Position numbers and translations under genes: made by a program
Part shown: in pieces, positions 14,201 through 29,200 of the stretch
How positions within the stretch are numbered: the first letter of the stretch is position 1
Layout: every line of letters starts with the position of its first letter
The notes under the pieces: model-generated
What the model was told of the DNA's origin: nothing
The model's database searches: none
The model's input: only the letters and a program-made list of their open reading frames with translations
Source of the DNA: Auanema rhodensis
Lineage: Eukaryota > Animalia > Nematoda
Length of the DNA stretch: 64,000 nucleotides
NCBI GenBank assembly: GCA_964057225.1
Contig: OZ059896.1
Location: forward strand, 5,704,001 to 5,768,000
Direction of reading: 5' to 3'

Positions 14201-17200
14201 TCGAGGATATAGGTGTGAACTTATATCAGTTGATATCTCGGTGCATTTTTAAGCTAGCGCAAATCTGATAACACAGATCTACGCAGCCTAAAAATCCGCA
14301 TCGAATGCACTATACTACATAGAGAAACGCTCAATACAAAAATTAGTTATGATCGTTTGAAAAATGATGCACTAGTGTATGTTGAGTTTCCATGTACACT
14401 CAAAATTGCTTCCAAAAACATTTTGACAAAAATTTTTTCCAAAAATTTCAAAATAATTTAGCAAAAAGTAGATGTTTTTAGATTGCTTTTTTCAAGGCAA
14501 AAACGATGGACAATGTAATTCAACGAAAAAATTAATTCTTCAGGGTGAAAATCGAGGATATAAGTGTGAACTTATATCAGTTGATATCTCGGTGCATTTT
14601 CAAGCTAGCGCAAATCTGATAGTACAGATCGACAGAGCTTAAAAATCCGCATCGAATGCACTATACTACATTGAGAAACGCTTAGTACAAAAATTAGTTA
14701 TGATCGTTTGAAAAATGATGCATTAGTGTATGTTGAGGTTCCATGTACACTCAAAATTGCTTCCAAAAACATTTTGACAAAAATTTTTTCGAAAAATTTC
14801 AAGATAATTTAGCAAAAAGTAGATGTTTTTAGATTCCTTTTTTCAAGGCAAAAACGATGGACAATGTTATTCAACGAAAAAATTAATTCTTCAGGGTGAA
14901 AATCGAGGATATAAGTGTGAACATATATCAGTTGATATCTCGGTGCATTTTTAAGCTAGCGCAAATCTGATAACACAGATCGACGCAGCTTAAAAATCCG
15001 CATCGAATGCACTAAACTACATTGAGAAAAGATTAATACAAAAATTAGTTATGATCGTTTGAAAAATGATGCATTAGTGTATGTTGAGTTTCCATGTACA
15101 CTCAAAATTGCTTCCAAAAACATTTTGACAAAACTTTTTTCGAAAAATTTCAAAATAATTTAGCAAAAAGTAGATGTTTTTAGATTCCTTTTTTCAAGGC
15201 AAAAACGATGGACAATGTTATTCAACGAAAAAATTAATTCTTCAGGGTGAAAATCGAGGATATAGGTGTGAACTTATATCAGTTGATATCTCGGTGCATT
15301 TTCAAGCTAGCGCAAATCTGATAGTACAGATCGACGCAGCTTAAAAATCCGCATCGAATGCACTATACTACATTGAGAAACGCTTAATACAAAAATTAGT
15401 TATGATCGTTTGAAAAATGATGCATTAGTGTATGTTGAGTTTCCATGTACACTCAAAATTGCTTCCAAAAACATTTTGACAAAAATTTTTTCGAAAAATT
15501 TCAAGATAATTTAGCAAAAAGTAGATGTTTTTAGATTCCTTTTTTCAAGGCAAAAACGATGGACAATGTAATTCAACGAAAAAATTAATTCTTCAGGGTG
15601 AAAATCGAGGATATAAGTGTGAACTTATATCAGTTGATATCTCGGTGCATTTTCAAGCTAGCGCAAATCTGATAGTACAGATCGACGCAGCTTAAAAATC
15701 CGCATCGAATGCACTATACTACATTGAGAAACGCTTAGTACAAAAATTAGTTATGATCGTTTGAAAAATGATGCATTAGTGTATGTTGAGTTTCCATGTA
15801 CACTCAAAATTGCTTCCAAAAACATTTTGACAAAAATTTTTTCGAAAAATTTCAAGATAATTTAGCAAAAAGTAGATGTTTTTAGATTCCTTTTTTCAAG
15901 GCAAAAACGATGGACAATGTTATTCAACGAAAAAATTAATTCTTCAGGGTGAAAATCGAGGATATAAGTGTGAACTTATATCAGTTGATATCTCGGTGCA
16001 TTTTTAAGCTAGCGCAAATCTGATAACACAGATCTACGCAGCTTAAAAATCCGCATCGAATGCACTATACTACATGGAGAAACGCTCAATACAAAAATTA
16101 GTTATGATCGTTTGAAAAATGATGCACTAGTGTATGTTGAGTTTCCATGTACACTCAAAATTGCTTCCAAAAACATTTTGACAAAAATTTTTTCCAAAAA
16201 TTTCAAAATAATTTAGCAAAAAGTAGATGTTTTTAGATTGCTTTTTTCAAGGCAAAAACGATGGACAATATAATTCAACGAAAAAATTAATTCTTCAGGG
16301 TGAAAATCGAGGATATAAGTGTGAACTTATATCAGTTGATATCTCGGTGCATTTTCAAGCTAGCGCAAATCTGATAGTACAGATCGACGCAGCTTAAAAA
16401 TCCGCATCGAATGCACTATACTACATTGAGAAACGCTTAGTACAAAAATTAGTTATGATCGTTTGAAAAATGATGCATTAGTGTATGTTGAGTTTCCATG
16501 TACACTCAAAATTGCTTCCAAAAACATTTTGACAAAAATTTTTTCGAAAAATTTCAAGATAATTTAGCAAAAAGTAGATGTTTTTAGATTCCTTTTTTCA
16601 AGGCAAAAACGATGGACAATGTTATTCAACGAAAAAATTAATTCTTCAGGGTGAAAATCGAGGATATAAGTGTGAACATATATCAGTTGATATCTCGGTG
16701 CATTTTTAAGCTAGCGCAAATCTGATAACACAGATCGACGCAGCTTAAAAATCCGCATCGAATGCACTAAACTACATTGAGAAAAGCTTAATACAAAAAT
16801 TAGTTATGATCGTTTGAAAAATGATGCATTAGTGTATGTTGAGTTTCCATGTACACTCAACATTGCTTCCAAAAACATTTTGATAAATATTTTTTCGAAA
16901 AATTTCAAAATAATTTCGCAAAAAGTAGATGTTTTCAGATACCTTTTTTCAAGGCAAAGACGATGAACAATGTTATTCAACGAAAAAATTAATTCTTCAG
17001 GGTGAAAATCGAGGATATAAGTGTGAACTTATATCAGTTGATATCTCGGTGCATTTTTAAGCTAGCGCAAATCTGATAACACAGATCTACGCAGCTTAAA
17101 AATCCGCATCGAATGCACTAAACTACATTGAGAAAAGCTTAATACAAAAATTTGTTATGATCGTTTGAAAAATGATGCATTAGTGTATGTTGAGTTTCCA

Positions 17201-20200
17201 TGTACACTCAAAATTGCTTCCAAAAACATTTTGACAAAACTTTTTTCGAAAAATTTCAAAATAATTTAGCAAAAAGTAGATGTTTTTAGATTTCTTTTTT
17301 CAAGGCAAAAACGATGGACAATGTTATTCAACGAAAAAATTAATTCTTCAGGGTGAAAATCGAGGATATAGGTGTGAACTTATATCAGTTGATATCTCGG
17401 TGCATTTTTAAGCTAGCGCAAATCTGATAGTACAGATCGACGCAGCTTAAAAATCCGCATCGAATGCACTATACTACATTGAGAAACGCTTAATACAAAA
17501 ATTAGTTATGATCGTTTGAAAAATGATGCATTAGTGTATGTTGAGTTTCCATGTACACTCAAAATTGCTTCCAAAAACATTTTGACAAAAATTTTTTCGA
17601 AAAATTTCAAGATAATTTAGCAAAAAGTAGATGTTTTTAGATTCCTTTTTTCAAGGCAAAAACGATGGACAATGTTATTCAACGAAAAAATTAATTCTTC
17701 AGGGTGAAAATCGAGGATATAAGTGTGAACTTATATCAGTTGATATCTCGGTGCATTTTTAAGCTAGCGCAAATCTGATAACACAGATCTACGCAGCCTA
17801 AAAATCCGCATCGAATGCACTATACTACATGGAGAAACGCTCAATACAAAAATTAGTTATGATCGTTTGAAAAATGATGCATTAGTGTATGTTGAGTTTC
17901 CATGTACACTCAAAATTGCTTCCAAAAACATTTTGACAAAAATTTTTTCGAAAAATTTCAAGATAATTTAGCAAAAAGTAGATGTTTTTAGATTCCTTTT
18001 TTCAAGGCAAAAACGATGGACAATGTTATTCAACGAAAAAATTAATTCTTCAGGGTGAAAATCGAGGATATAAGTGTGAACATATATCAGTTGATATCTC
18101 GGTGCATTTTTAAGCTAGCGCAAATCTGATAACACAGATCGACGCAGCTTAAAAATCCGCATCGAATGCACTAAACTACATTGAGAAAAGCTTAATACAA
18201 AAATTAGTTATGATCGTTTGAAAAATGATGCATTAGTGTATGTTGAGTTTCCATGTACACTCAACATTGCTTCCAAAAACATTTTGATAAATATTTTTTC
18301 GAAAAATTTCAAAATAATTTCGCAAAAAGTAGATGTTTTCAGATACCTTTTTTCAAGGCAAAGACGATGGACAATGTTATTCAACGAAAAAATTAATTCT
18401 TCAGGGTGAAAATCGAGGATATAAGTGTGAACTTATATCAGTTGATATCTCGGTGCATTTTTAAGCTAGCGCAAATCTGATAACACAGATCTACGCAGCT
18501 TAAAAATCCGCATCGAATGCACTAAACTACATTGAGAAAAGCTTAATACAAAAATTTGTTATGATCGTTTGAAAAATGATGCATTAGTGTATGTTGAGTT
18601 TCCATGTACACTCAAAATTGCTTCCAAAAACATTTTGACAAAACTTTTTTCGAAAAATTTCAAAATAATTTAGCGAAGAGTAGATGTTTTTAGATTCCTT
18701 TTTTCAAGGCAAAAACGATGGACAATGTTATTCAACGAAAAAATTAATTCTTCAGGGTGAAAATCGAGGATATAAGTGTGAACATATATCAGTTGATATC
18801 TCGGTGCATTTTTAAGCTAGCGCAAATCTGATAACACAGATCGACGCAGCTTAAAAATCCGCATCGAATGCACTAAACTACATTGAGAAAAGCTTAATAC
18901 AAAAATTAGTTATGATCGTGTGAAAAATGATGCATTAGTGTATGTTGAGTTTCCATGTACACTCAAAATTGCTTCCAAAAACATTTTGACAAAAATTTTT
19001 TCGAAAAATTTCAAGATAATTTAGCAAAAAGTAGATGTTTTTAGATTCCTTTTTTCAAGGCAAAAACGATGGACAATGTTATTCAACGAAAAAATTAATT
19101 CTTCAGGGTGAAAATCGAGGATATAAGTGTGAACTTATATCAGTTGATATCTCGGTGCATTTTCAAGCTAGCGCAAATCTGATAGTACAGATCGACGCAT
19201 CTTAAAAATCCGCATCGAATGCACTATACTACATTGAGAAACGCTTAATACAAAAATTAGTTATGATCGTTTGAAAAATGATGCATTAGTGTATGTTGAG
19301 TTTCCATGTACACTCAAAATTGCTTCCAAAAACATTTTGACAAAAATTTTTTCGAAAAATTTCAAGATAATTTAGCAAAAAGTAGATGTTTTTAGATTCC
19401 TTTTTTCAAGGCAAAAACGATGGACAATGTTATTCAACGAAAAAATTAATTCTTCAGGGTGAAAATCGAGGATATAAGTGTGAACATATATCAGTTGATA
19501 TCTCGGTGCATTTTTAAGCTAGCGCAAATCTGATAACACAGATCGACGCAGCTTAAAAATCCGCATCGAATGCACTAAACTACATTGAGAAAAGCTTAAT
19601 ACAAAAATTAGTTATGATCGTGTGAAAAATGATGCATTAGTGTATGTTGAGTTTCCATGTACACTCAAAATTGCTTCCAAAAACATTTTGACAAAAATTT
19701 TTTCGAAAAATTTCAAGATAATTTAGCAAAAAGTAGATGTTTTTAGATTCCTTTTTTCAAGGCAAAAACGATGGACAATGTTATTTAACGAAAAAATCAA
19801 TTCTTCAGGGTGAAAATCGAGGATATAAGTGTGAACTTATATCAGTTGATATCTCGGTGCATTTTCAAGCTAGCGCAAATCTGATAGTACAGATCGACGC
19901 AGCTTAAAAATCCGCATCGAATGCACTATACTACATTGAGAAACGCTTAATACAAAAATTAGTTATGATCGTTTGAAAAATGATGCATTAGTGTATGTTG
20001 AGTTTCCATGTACACTCAAAATTGCTTCCAAAAACATTTTGACAAAAATTTTTTCGAAAAATTTCAAGATAATTTAGCAAAAAGTAGATGTTTTTAGATT
20101 CCTTTTTTCAAGGCAAAAACGATGGACAATGTTATTCAACGAAAAAATTAATTCTTCAGGGTGAAAATCGAGGATATAAGTGTGAACTTATATCAGTTGA

Positions 20201-23200
20201 TATCTCGGTGCATTTTTAAGCTAGCGCAAATCTGATAACACAGATCTACGCAGCTTAAAAATCCGCATCGAATGCACTATACTACATGGAGAAACGCTCA
20301 ATACAAAAATTAGTTATGATCGTTTGAAAAATGATGCACTAGTGTATGTTGAGTTTCCATGTACACTCAAAATTGCTTCCAAAAACATTTTGACAAAAAT
20401 TTTTTCGAAAAATTTCAAGATAATTTAGCAAAAAGTAGATGTTTTTAGATTCCTTTTTTCAAGGCAAAAACGATGGACAATGTTATTCAACGAAAAAATT
20501 AATTCTTCAGGGTGAAAATCGAGGATATAAGTGTGAACTTATATCAGTTGATATCTCGGTGCATTTTCAAGCTAGCGCAAATCTGATAGTACAGATCGAC
20601 GCAGCTTAAAAATCCGCATCGAATGCACTATACTACATTGAGAAACGCTTAATACAAAAATTAATTATGATCGTTTGAAAAATGATGCATTAGTGTATGT
20701 TGAGTTTCCATGTACACTCAAAATTGCTTCCAAAAACATTTTGACAAAAATTTTTTCGAAAAATTTCAAGATAATTTAGCAAAAAGTAGATGTTTTTAGA
20801 TTGCTTTTTTCAAGGCAAAAACGATGGACAATGTTATTCAACGAAAAAATTAATTCTTCAGGGTGAAAATCGAGGATATAAGTGTGAACTTATATCAGTT
20901 GATATCTCGGTGCATTTTTAAGCTAGCGCAAATCTGATAACACAGATCTACGCAGCTTAAAAATCCGCATCGAATGCACTATACTACATGGAGAAACGCT
21001 CAGTACAAAAATTAGTTATGATCGTTTGAAAAATGATGCACTAGTGTATGTTGAGTTTCCATGTACACTCAAAATTGCTTCCAAAAACATTTTGACAAAA
21101 ATTTTTTCCAAAAATTTCAAAATAATTTAGCAAAAAGTAGATGTTTTTAGATTGCTTTTTTCAAGGCAAAAACGATGGACAATATAATTCAACGAAAAAA
21201 TTAATTCTTCAGGGTGAAAATCGAGGATATAAGTGTGAACTTATATCAGTTGATATCTCGGTGCATTTTCAAGCTAGCGCAAATCTGATAGTACAGATCG
21301 ACGCAGCTTAAAAATCCGCATCGAATGCACTATACTACATTGAGAAAAGCTTAATACAAAAATTAGTTATGATCGTGTGAAAAATGATGCATTAGTGTAT
21401 GTTGAGTTTCCATGTACACTCAAAATTGCTTCCAAAAACATTTTGACAAAAATTTTTTCGAAAAATTTCAAGATAATTTAGCAAAAAGTAGATGTTTTTA
21501 GATTGCTTTTTTCAAGGCAAAAACGATGGACAATGTTATTCAACGAAAAAATCAATTCTTCAGGGTGAAAATCGAGGATATAAGTGTGAACTTATATCAG
21601 TTGATATCTCGGTGCATTTTTAAGCTAGCGCAAATCTGATAACACAGATCTACGCAGCTTAAAAATCCGCATCGAATGCACTATACTACATGGAGAAACG
21701 CTTAGTACAAAAATTAGTTATGATCGTTTGAAAAATGATGCACTAGTGTATGTTGAGTTTCCATGTACACTCAAAATTGCTTCCAAAAACATTTTGACAA
21801 AAATTTTTTCCAAAAATTTCAAGATAATTTAGCAAAAAGTAGATGTTTTTAGATTCCTTTTTTCAAGGCAAAAACGATGGACAATGTTATTCAACGAAAA
21901 AATTAATTCTTCAGGGTGAAAATCGAGGATATAAGTGTGAACATATATCAGTTGATATCTCGGTGCATTTTTAAGCTAGCGCAAATCTGATAACACAGAT
22001 CGACGCAGCTTAAAAATCCGCATCGAATGCACTAAACTACATTGAGAAAAGCTTAATACAAAAATTAGTTATGATCGTGTGAAAAATGATGCATTAGTGT
22101 ATGTTGAGTTTCCATGTACACTCAAAATTGCTTCCAAAAACATTTTGACAAAAATTTTTTCGAAAAATTTCAAGATAATTTAGCAAAAAGTAGATGTTTT
22201 TAGATTCCTTTTTTCAAGGCAAAAACGATGGACAATGTTATTCAACGAAAAAATTAATTCTTCAGGGTGAAAATCGAGGATATAAGTGTGAACATATATC
22301 AGTTGATATCTCAGTGCATTTTTAAGCTAGCGCAAATCTGATAACACAGATCGACGCAGCTTAAAAATCCGCATCGAATGCACTAAACTACATTGAGAAA
22401 AGCTTAATACAAAAATTAGTTATGATCGTGTGAAAAATGATGCATTAGTGTATGTTGAGTTTCCATGTACACTCAAAATTGCTTCCAAAAACATTTTGAC
22501 AAAAATTTTTTCGAAAAATTTCAAGATAATTTAGCAAAAAGTAGATGTTTTTAGATTTCTTTTTTCAAGGCAAAAACGATGGACAATGTTATTCAACGAA
22601 AAAATTAATTCTTCAGGGTGAAAATCGAGGATATAAGTGTGAACTTATATCAGTTGATATCTCGGTGCATTTTCAAGCTAGCGCAAATCTGATAGTACAG
22701 ATCGACGCAGCTTAAAAATCCGCATCGAATGCACTATACTACATTGAGAAACGCTTAATACAAAAATTAGTTATGATCGTTTGAAAAATGATGCATTAGT
22801 GTATGTTGAGTTTCCATGTACACTCAAAATTGCTTCCAAAAACATTTTGACAAAAATTTTTTCGAAAAATTTCAAGATAATTTAGCAAAAAGTAGATGTT
22901 TTTAGATTCCTTTTTTCAAGGCAAAAACGATGGACAATGTTATTCAACGAAAAAATTAATTCTTCAGGGTGAAAATCGAGGATATAAGTGTGAACTTATA
23001 TCAGTTGATATCTCGGTGCATTTTTAAGCTAGCGCAAATCTGATAACACAGATCTACGCAGCTTAAAAATCCGCATCGAATGCACTATACTACATGGAGA
23101 AACGCTCAATACAAAAATTAGTTATGATCGTTTGAAAAATGATGCACTAGTGTATGTTGAGTTTCCATGTACACTCAAAATTGCTTCCAAAAACATTTTG

Positions 23201-26200
23201 ACAAAAATTTTTTCGAAAAATTTCAAGATAATTTAGCAAAAAGTAGATGTTTTTAGATTCCTTTTTTCAAGGCAAAAACGATGGACAATGTTATTCAACG
23301 AAAAAATTGATTCTTCAGGGTGAAAATCGAGGATATAAGTGTGAACTTATATCAGTTGATATCTCGGTGCATTTTCAAGCTAGCGCAAATCTGATAGTAC
23401 AGATCGACGCAGCTTAAAAATCCGCATCGAATGCACTATACTACATTGAGAAACGCTTAATACAAAAATTAATTATGATCGTTTGAAAAATGATGCATTA
23501 GTGTATGTTGAGTTTCCATGTACACTCAAAATTGCTTCCAAAAACATTTTGACAAAAATTTTTTCGAAAAATTTCAAGATAATTTAGCAAAAAGTAGATG
23601 TTTTTAGATTGCTTTTTTCAAGGCAAAAACGATGGACAATGTTATTCAACGAAAAAATTAATTCTTCAGGGTGAAAATCGAGGATATAAGTGTGAACTTA
23701 TATCAGTTGATATCTCGGTGCATTTTTAAGCTAGCGCAAATCTGATAACACAGATCTACGCAGCTTAAAAATCCGCATCGAATGCACTATACTACATGGA
23801 GAAACGCTCAGTACAAAAATTAGTTATGATCGTTTGAAAAATGATGCACTAGTGTATGTTGAGTTTCCATGTACACTCAAAATTGCTTCCAAAAACATTT
23901 TGACAAAAATTTTTTCCAAAAATTTCAAAATAATTTAGCAAAAAGTAGATGTTTTTAGATTGCTTTTTTCAAGGCAAAAACGATGGACAATATAATTCAA
24001 CGAAAAAATTAATTCTTCAGGGTGAAAATCGAGGATATAAGTGTGAACTTATATCAGTTGATATCTCGGTGCATTTTCAAGCTAGCGCAAATCTGATAGT
24101 ACAGATCGACGCAGCTTAAAAATCCGCATCGAATGCACTATACTACATTGAGAAACGCTTAGTACAAAAATTAGTTATGATCGTTTGAAAAATGATGCAT
24201 TAGTGTATGTTGAGTTTCCATGTACACTCAAAATTGCTTCCAAAAACATTTTGACAAAAATTTTTTCGAAAAATTTCAAGATAATTTAGCAAAAAGTAGA
24301 TGTTTTTAGATTGCTTTTTTCAAGGCAAAAACGATGGACAATGTTATTCAACGAAAAAATTAATTCTTCAGGGTGAAAATCGAGGATATAAGTGTGAACT
24401 TATATCAGTTGATATCTCGGTGCATTTTTAAGCTAGCGCAAATCTGATAACACAGATCGACGCAGCTTAAAAAGCCGCATCGAATGCACTAAACTACACT
24501 GAGAAAAGCTTAATACAAAAATTAGTTATGATCGTTTGAAAAATGATGCATTAGTGTATGTTGAGTTTCCATGTACACTCAACATTGCTTCCAAAAACAT
24601 TTTGATAAAAATTTTTTCGAAAAATTTCAAAATAATTTCGCAAAAAGTAGATGTTTTCAGATACCTTTTTTCAAGGCAAAGACGATGGACAATATTATTC
24701 AACGAAAAAATTAATTCTTCAGGGTGAAAATCGAGGATATAAGTGTGAACTTATATCAGTTGATATCTCGGTGCATTTTTAAGCTAGCGCAAATCTGATA
24801 ACACAGATCGACGCAGCTTAAAAATCCGCATCGAATGCACTATACTACATTAAGAAAAGTTTAATACAAAAATTAGTTATGATCGTTTGAAAAATGATGC
24901 ATTAGTGTATGTTGAGTTTCCATGTACACTCAACATTGCTTCCAAAAACATTTTGACAAAAATTTTTTCGAAATATTTCAAAATAATTTAGCGAAAAGTA
25001 GATGTATTCAAATTCCTTTTTTCGAAGCAAAAACGATGGACAATGTTATTCAACGAAAAAATTAATTCTTCAGGGTGAAAATCGAGGATATAAGTGTGAA
25101 CTTATATCAGTTGATATCTCGGTGCATTTTCAAGCTAGCGCAAATCTGATAACACAGATCGACGCAGCTTAAAAATCCGCATCGAATGCACTATATTACA
25201 TTGAGAAAAGCTAAATACAAAAATTAGTTATGATCGTTTGAAAAATGATGCACTAGTGTATGTTGAGTTTCCATGTACACTCAAAATTGCTTCCAAAAAC
25301 ATTTTGACAAAAATTTTTTCAAAAAATTTCAAAATAATTTAGCAAAAAGTAGATGTTTTTAGATTTCTTTTTTCAAGGCAAAAACGATGGACAATGTTAT
25401 TCAACGAAAAAATTAATTCTTCAGGGTGAAAATCGAGGATATAAGTGTGAACTTATATCAGTTGAAATCTCGGTGCATTTTCAAGCTAGCGCAAATCTGA
25501 TAACACAGATCTACGCAGCTTAAAAATCCGCATCGAATGCACTAAACTACATTGAGAAAAGCTTAATACAAAAATTAGTTATGATCGTTTGAAAAATGAT
25601 GCACTAGTGTATGTTGAGTTTCCATGTACACTCAAAATTGCTTCCAAAAACATTTTGACAAAAATTTTTTCCAAAAATTTCAAAATAATTTAGCAAAAAG
25701 TAGATGTTTTTAGATTCCTTTTTTCAAGGCAAAAACGATGGACAATGTAATTCAACGAAAAAATTAATTCTTCAGGGTGAAAATCGAGGATATAAGTGTG
25801 AACTTATATCAGTTGATATCTCGGTGCATTTTCAAGCTAGCGCAAATCTGATAGTACAGATCGACGCAGCTTAAAAATCCGCATCGAATGCACTATACTA
25901 CATTGAGAAACGCTTAATACAAAAATTAGTTATGATCGTTTGAAAAATGATGCACTAGTGTATGTTGAGTTTCCATGTACACTCAACATTGCTTCCAAAA
26001 ACATTTTGATAAAAATTTTTTCGAAAAATTTCAAAATAATTTCGCAAAAAGTAGATGTTTTCAGATACCTTTTTTCAAGGCAAAGACGATGGACAATGTT
26101 ATTCAACGAAAAAATTAATTCTTCAGGGTGAAAATCGAGGATATAAGTGTGAACTTATATCAGTTGATATCTCGGTGCATTTTCAAGCTAGCGCAAATCT

Positions 26201-29200
26201 GATAGTACAGATCGACGCAGCTTAAAAATCCGCATCGAATGCACTATACTACATTGAGAAACGCTTAATACAAAAATTAGTTATGATCGTTTGAAAAATG
26301 ATGCACTAGTGTATGTTGAGTTTCCATGTACACTCAAAATTGCTTCCAAAAACATTTTGACAAAAATTTTTTCCAAAAATTTCAAAATAATTTAGCAAAA
26401 AGTAGATGTTTTTAGATTCCTTTTTTCAAGGCAAAAACGATGGACAATGTAATTCAACGAAAAAATTAATTCTTCAGGGTGAAAATCGAGGATATAAGTG
26501 TGAACTTATATCAGTTGATATCTCGGTGCATTTTTACGCTAGCGCAAATCTGATAGTACAGATCGACGCAGCTTAAAAATCCGCATCGAATGCACTAAAC
26601 TACATTGAGCAAAGCTTAATACAAAAATTAGTTATGATCGTTTGAAAAATGATGCATTAGTGTATGTTGAGTTTCCATGTACACTCAAAATTGCTTCCAA
26701 AAACATTTTGACAAAAATTTTTTCAAAAAATTTCAAAATAATTTAGCAAAAAGTAGATGTTTTTAGATTTCTTTTTTCAAGGCAAAAACGATGGACAATG
26801 TTATTCAACGAAAAAATTAATTCTTCAGGGTGAAAATCGAGGATATAAGTGTGAACTTATATCAGTTGAAATCTCGGTGCATTTTCAAGCTAGCGCAAAT
26901 CTGATAACACAGATCTACGCAGCTTAAAAATCCGCATCGAATGCACTAAACTACATTGAGAAAAGCTTAATACAAAAATTAGTTATGATCGTTTGAAAAA
27001 TGATGCACTAGTGTATGTTGAGTTTCCATGTACACTCAAAATTGCTTCCAAAAACATTTTGACAAAAATTTTTTCCAAAAATTTCAAAATAATTTAGCAA
27101 AAAGTAGATGTTTTTAGATTCCTTTTTTCAAGGCAAAAACGATGGACAATGTAATTCAACGAAAAAATTAATTCTTCAGGGTGAAAATCGAGGATATAAG
27201 TGTGAACTTATATCAGTTGATATCTCGGTGCATTTTTACGCTAGCGCAAATCTGATAGTACAGATCGACGCAGCTTAAAAATCCGCATCGAATGCACTAA
27301 ACTACATTGAGCAAAGCTTAATACAAAAATTAGTTATGATCGTTTGAAAAATGATGCATTAGTGTATGTTGAGTTTCCATGTACACTCAAAATTGCTTCC
27401 AAAAACATTTTGACAAAACTTTTTTCGAAAAATTTCAAAATAATTTAGCAAAAAACAGATGTTTTTAGATTCCTTTTTTCAAGGCAAAAACGATGGACAA
27501 TGTTATTCAACGAAAAAATTAATTCTTCAGGGTGAAATTCGAGGATATAAGTGTGAACTTATATCAGTTGATATCTCGGTGCATTTTCAAGCTAGCGCAA
27601 ATCTGATAGTACAGATCGACGCAGCTTAAAAATCCGCATCGAATGCACTATACTACATTGAGAAAAGCTTAATACAAAAATTAGTTATGATCGTTTGAAA
27701 AATGATGCATTAGTGTATGTTGAGTTTCCATGTACACTCAACATTGCTTCCAAAAACATTTTGACAAAATTTTTTTCGAAAAATTTCAAAATAATTTAGC
27801 AAAAAACAGATGTTTTTAGATTCCTTTTTTCAAGGCAAAAACGATGGACAATGTAATTCAACGAAAAAATTAATTCTTCAGGGTGAAAATCGAGGATATA
27901 AGTGTGAACTTATATCAGTTGATATCTCGGTGCATTTTCAAGCTAGCGCAAATCTGATAGTACAGATCGACGCAGCTTAAAAATCCGCATCGAATGCACT
28001 ATACTACATTGAGAAAAGCTTAATACAAAAATTAGTTATGATCGTTTGAAAAATGATGCACTAGTGTATGTTGAGTTTCCATGTACACTCAAAATTGCTT
28101 CCAAAAACATTTTGACAAAAATTTTTTCCAAAAATTTCAAAATAATTTAGCAAAAAGTAGATGTTTTTAGATTCCTTTTTTCAAGGCAAAAACGATGGAC
28201 AATGTAATTCAACGAAAAAATTAATTCTTCAGGGTGAAAATCGAGGATATAAGTGTGAACTTATATCAGTTGATATCTCGGTGCATTTTCAAGCTAGCGC
28301 AAATCTGATAGTACAGATCGACGCAGCTTAAAAATCCGCATCGAATGCACTATACTACATTGAGCAAAGCTTAATACAAAAATTAGTTATGATCGTTTGA
28401 AAAATGATGCATTAGTGTATGTTGAGTTACCATGTACACTCAAAATTGCTTCCAAAAACATTTTGACAAAACTTTTTTCGAAAAATTTCAAAATAATTTA
28501 GCAAAAAACAGATGTTTTTAGATTCCTTTTTTCAAGGCAAAAACGATGGACAATGTAATTCAACGAAAAAATTAATTCTTCAGGGTGAAAATCGAGGATA
28601 TAAGTGTGAACTTATATCAGTTGATATCTCGGTGCATTTTCAAGCTAGCGCAAATCTGATAGTACAGATCGACGCAGCTTAAAAATCCGCATCGAATGCA
28701 CTATACTACATTGAGCAAAGCTTAATACAAAAATTAGTTATGATCGTTTGAAAAATGATGCATTAGTGTATGTTGAGTTACCATGTACACTCAAAATTGC
28801 TTCCAAAAACATTTTGACAAAACTTTTTTCGAAAAATTTCAAAATAATTTAGCAAAAAACAGATGTTTTTAGATTCCTTTTTTCAAGGCAAAAACGATGG
28901 ACAATGTTATTCAACGAAAAAATTAATTCTTCAGGGTGAAATTCGAGGATATAAGTGTGAACTTATATCAGTTGATATCTCGGTGCATTTTCAAGCTAGC
29001 GCAAATCTGATAGTACAGATCGACGCAGCTTAAAAATCCGCATCGAATGCACTATACTACATTGAGAAAAGCTTAATACAAAAATTAGTTATGATCGTTT
29101 GAAAAATGATGCATTAGTGTATGTTGAGTTTCCATGTACACTCAACATTGCTTCCAAAAACATTTTGACAAAATTTTTTTCGAAATATTTCAAAATAATT

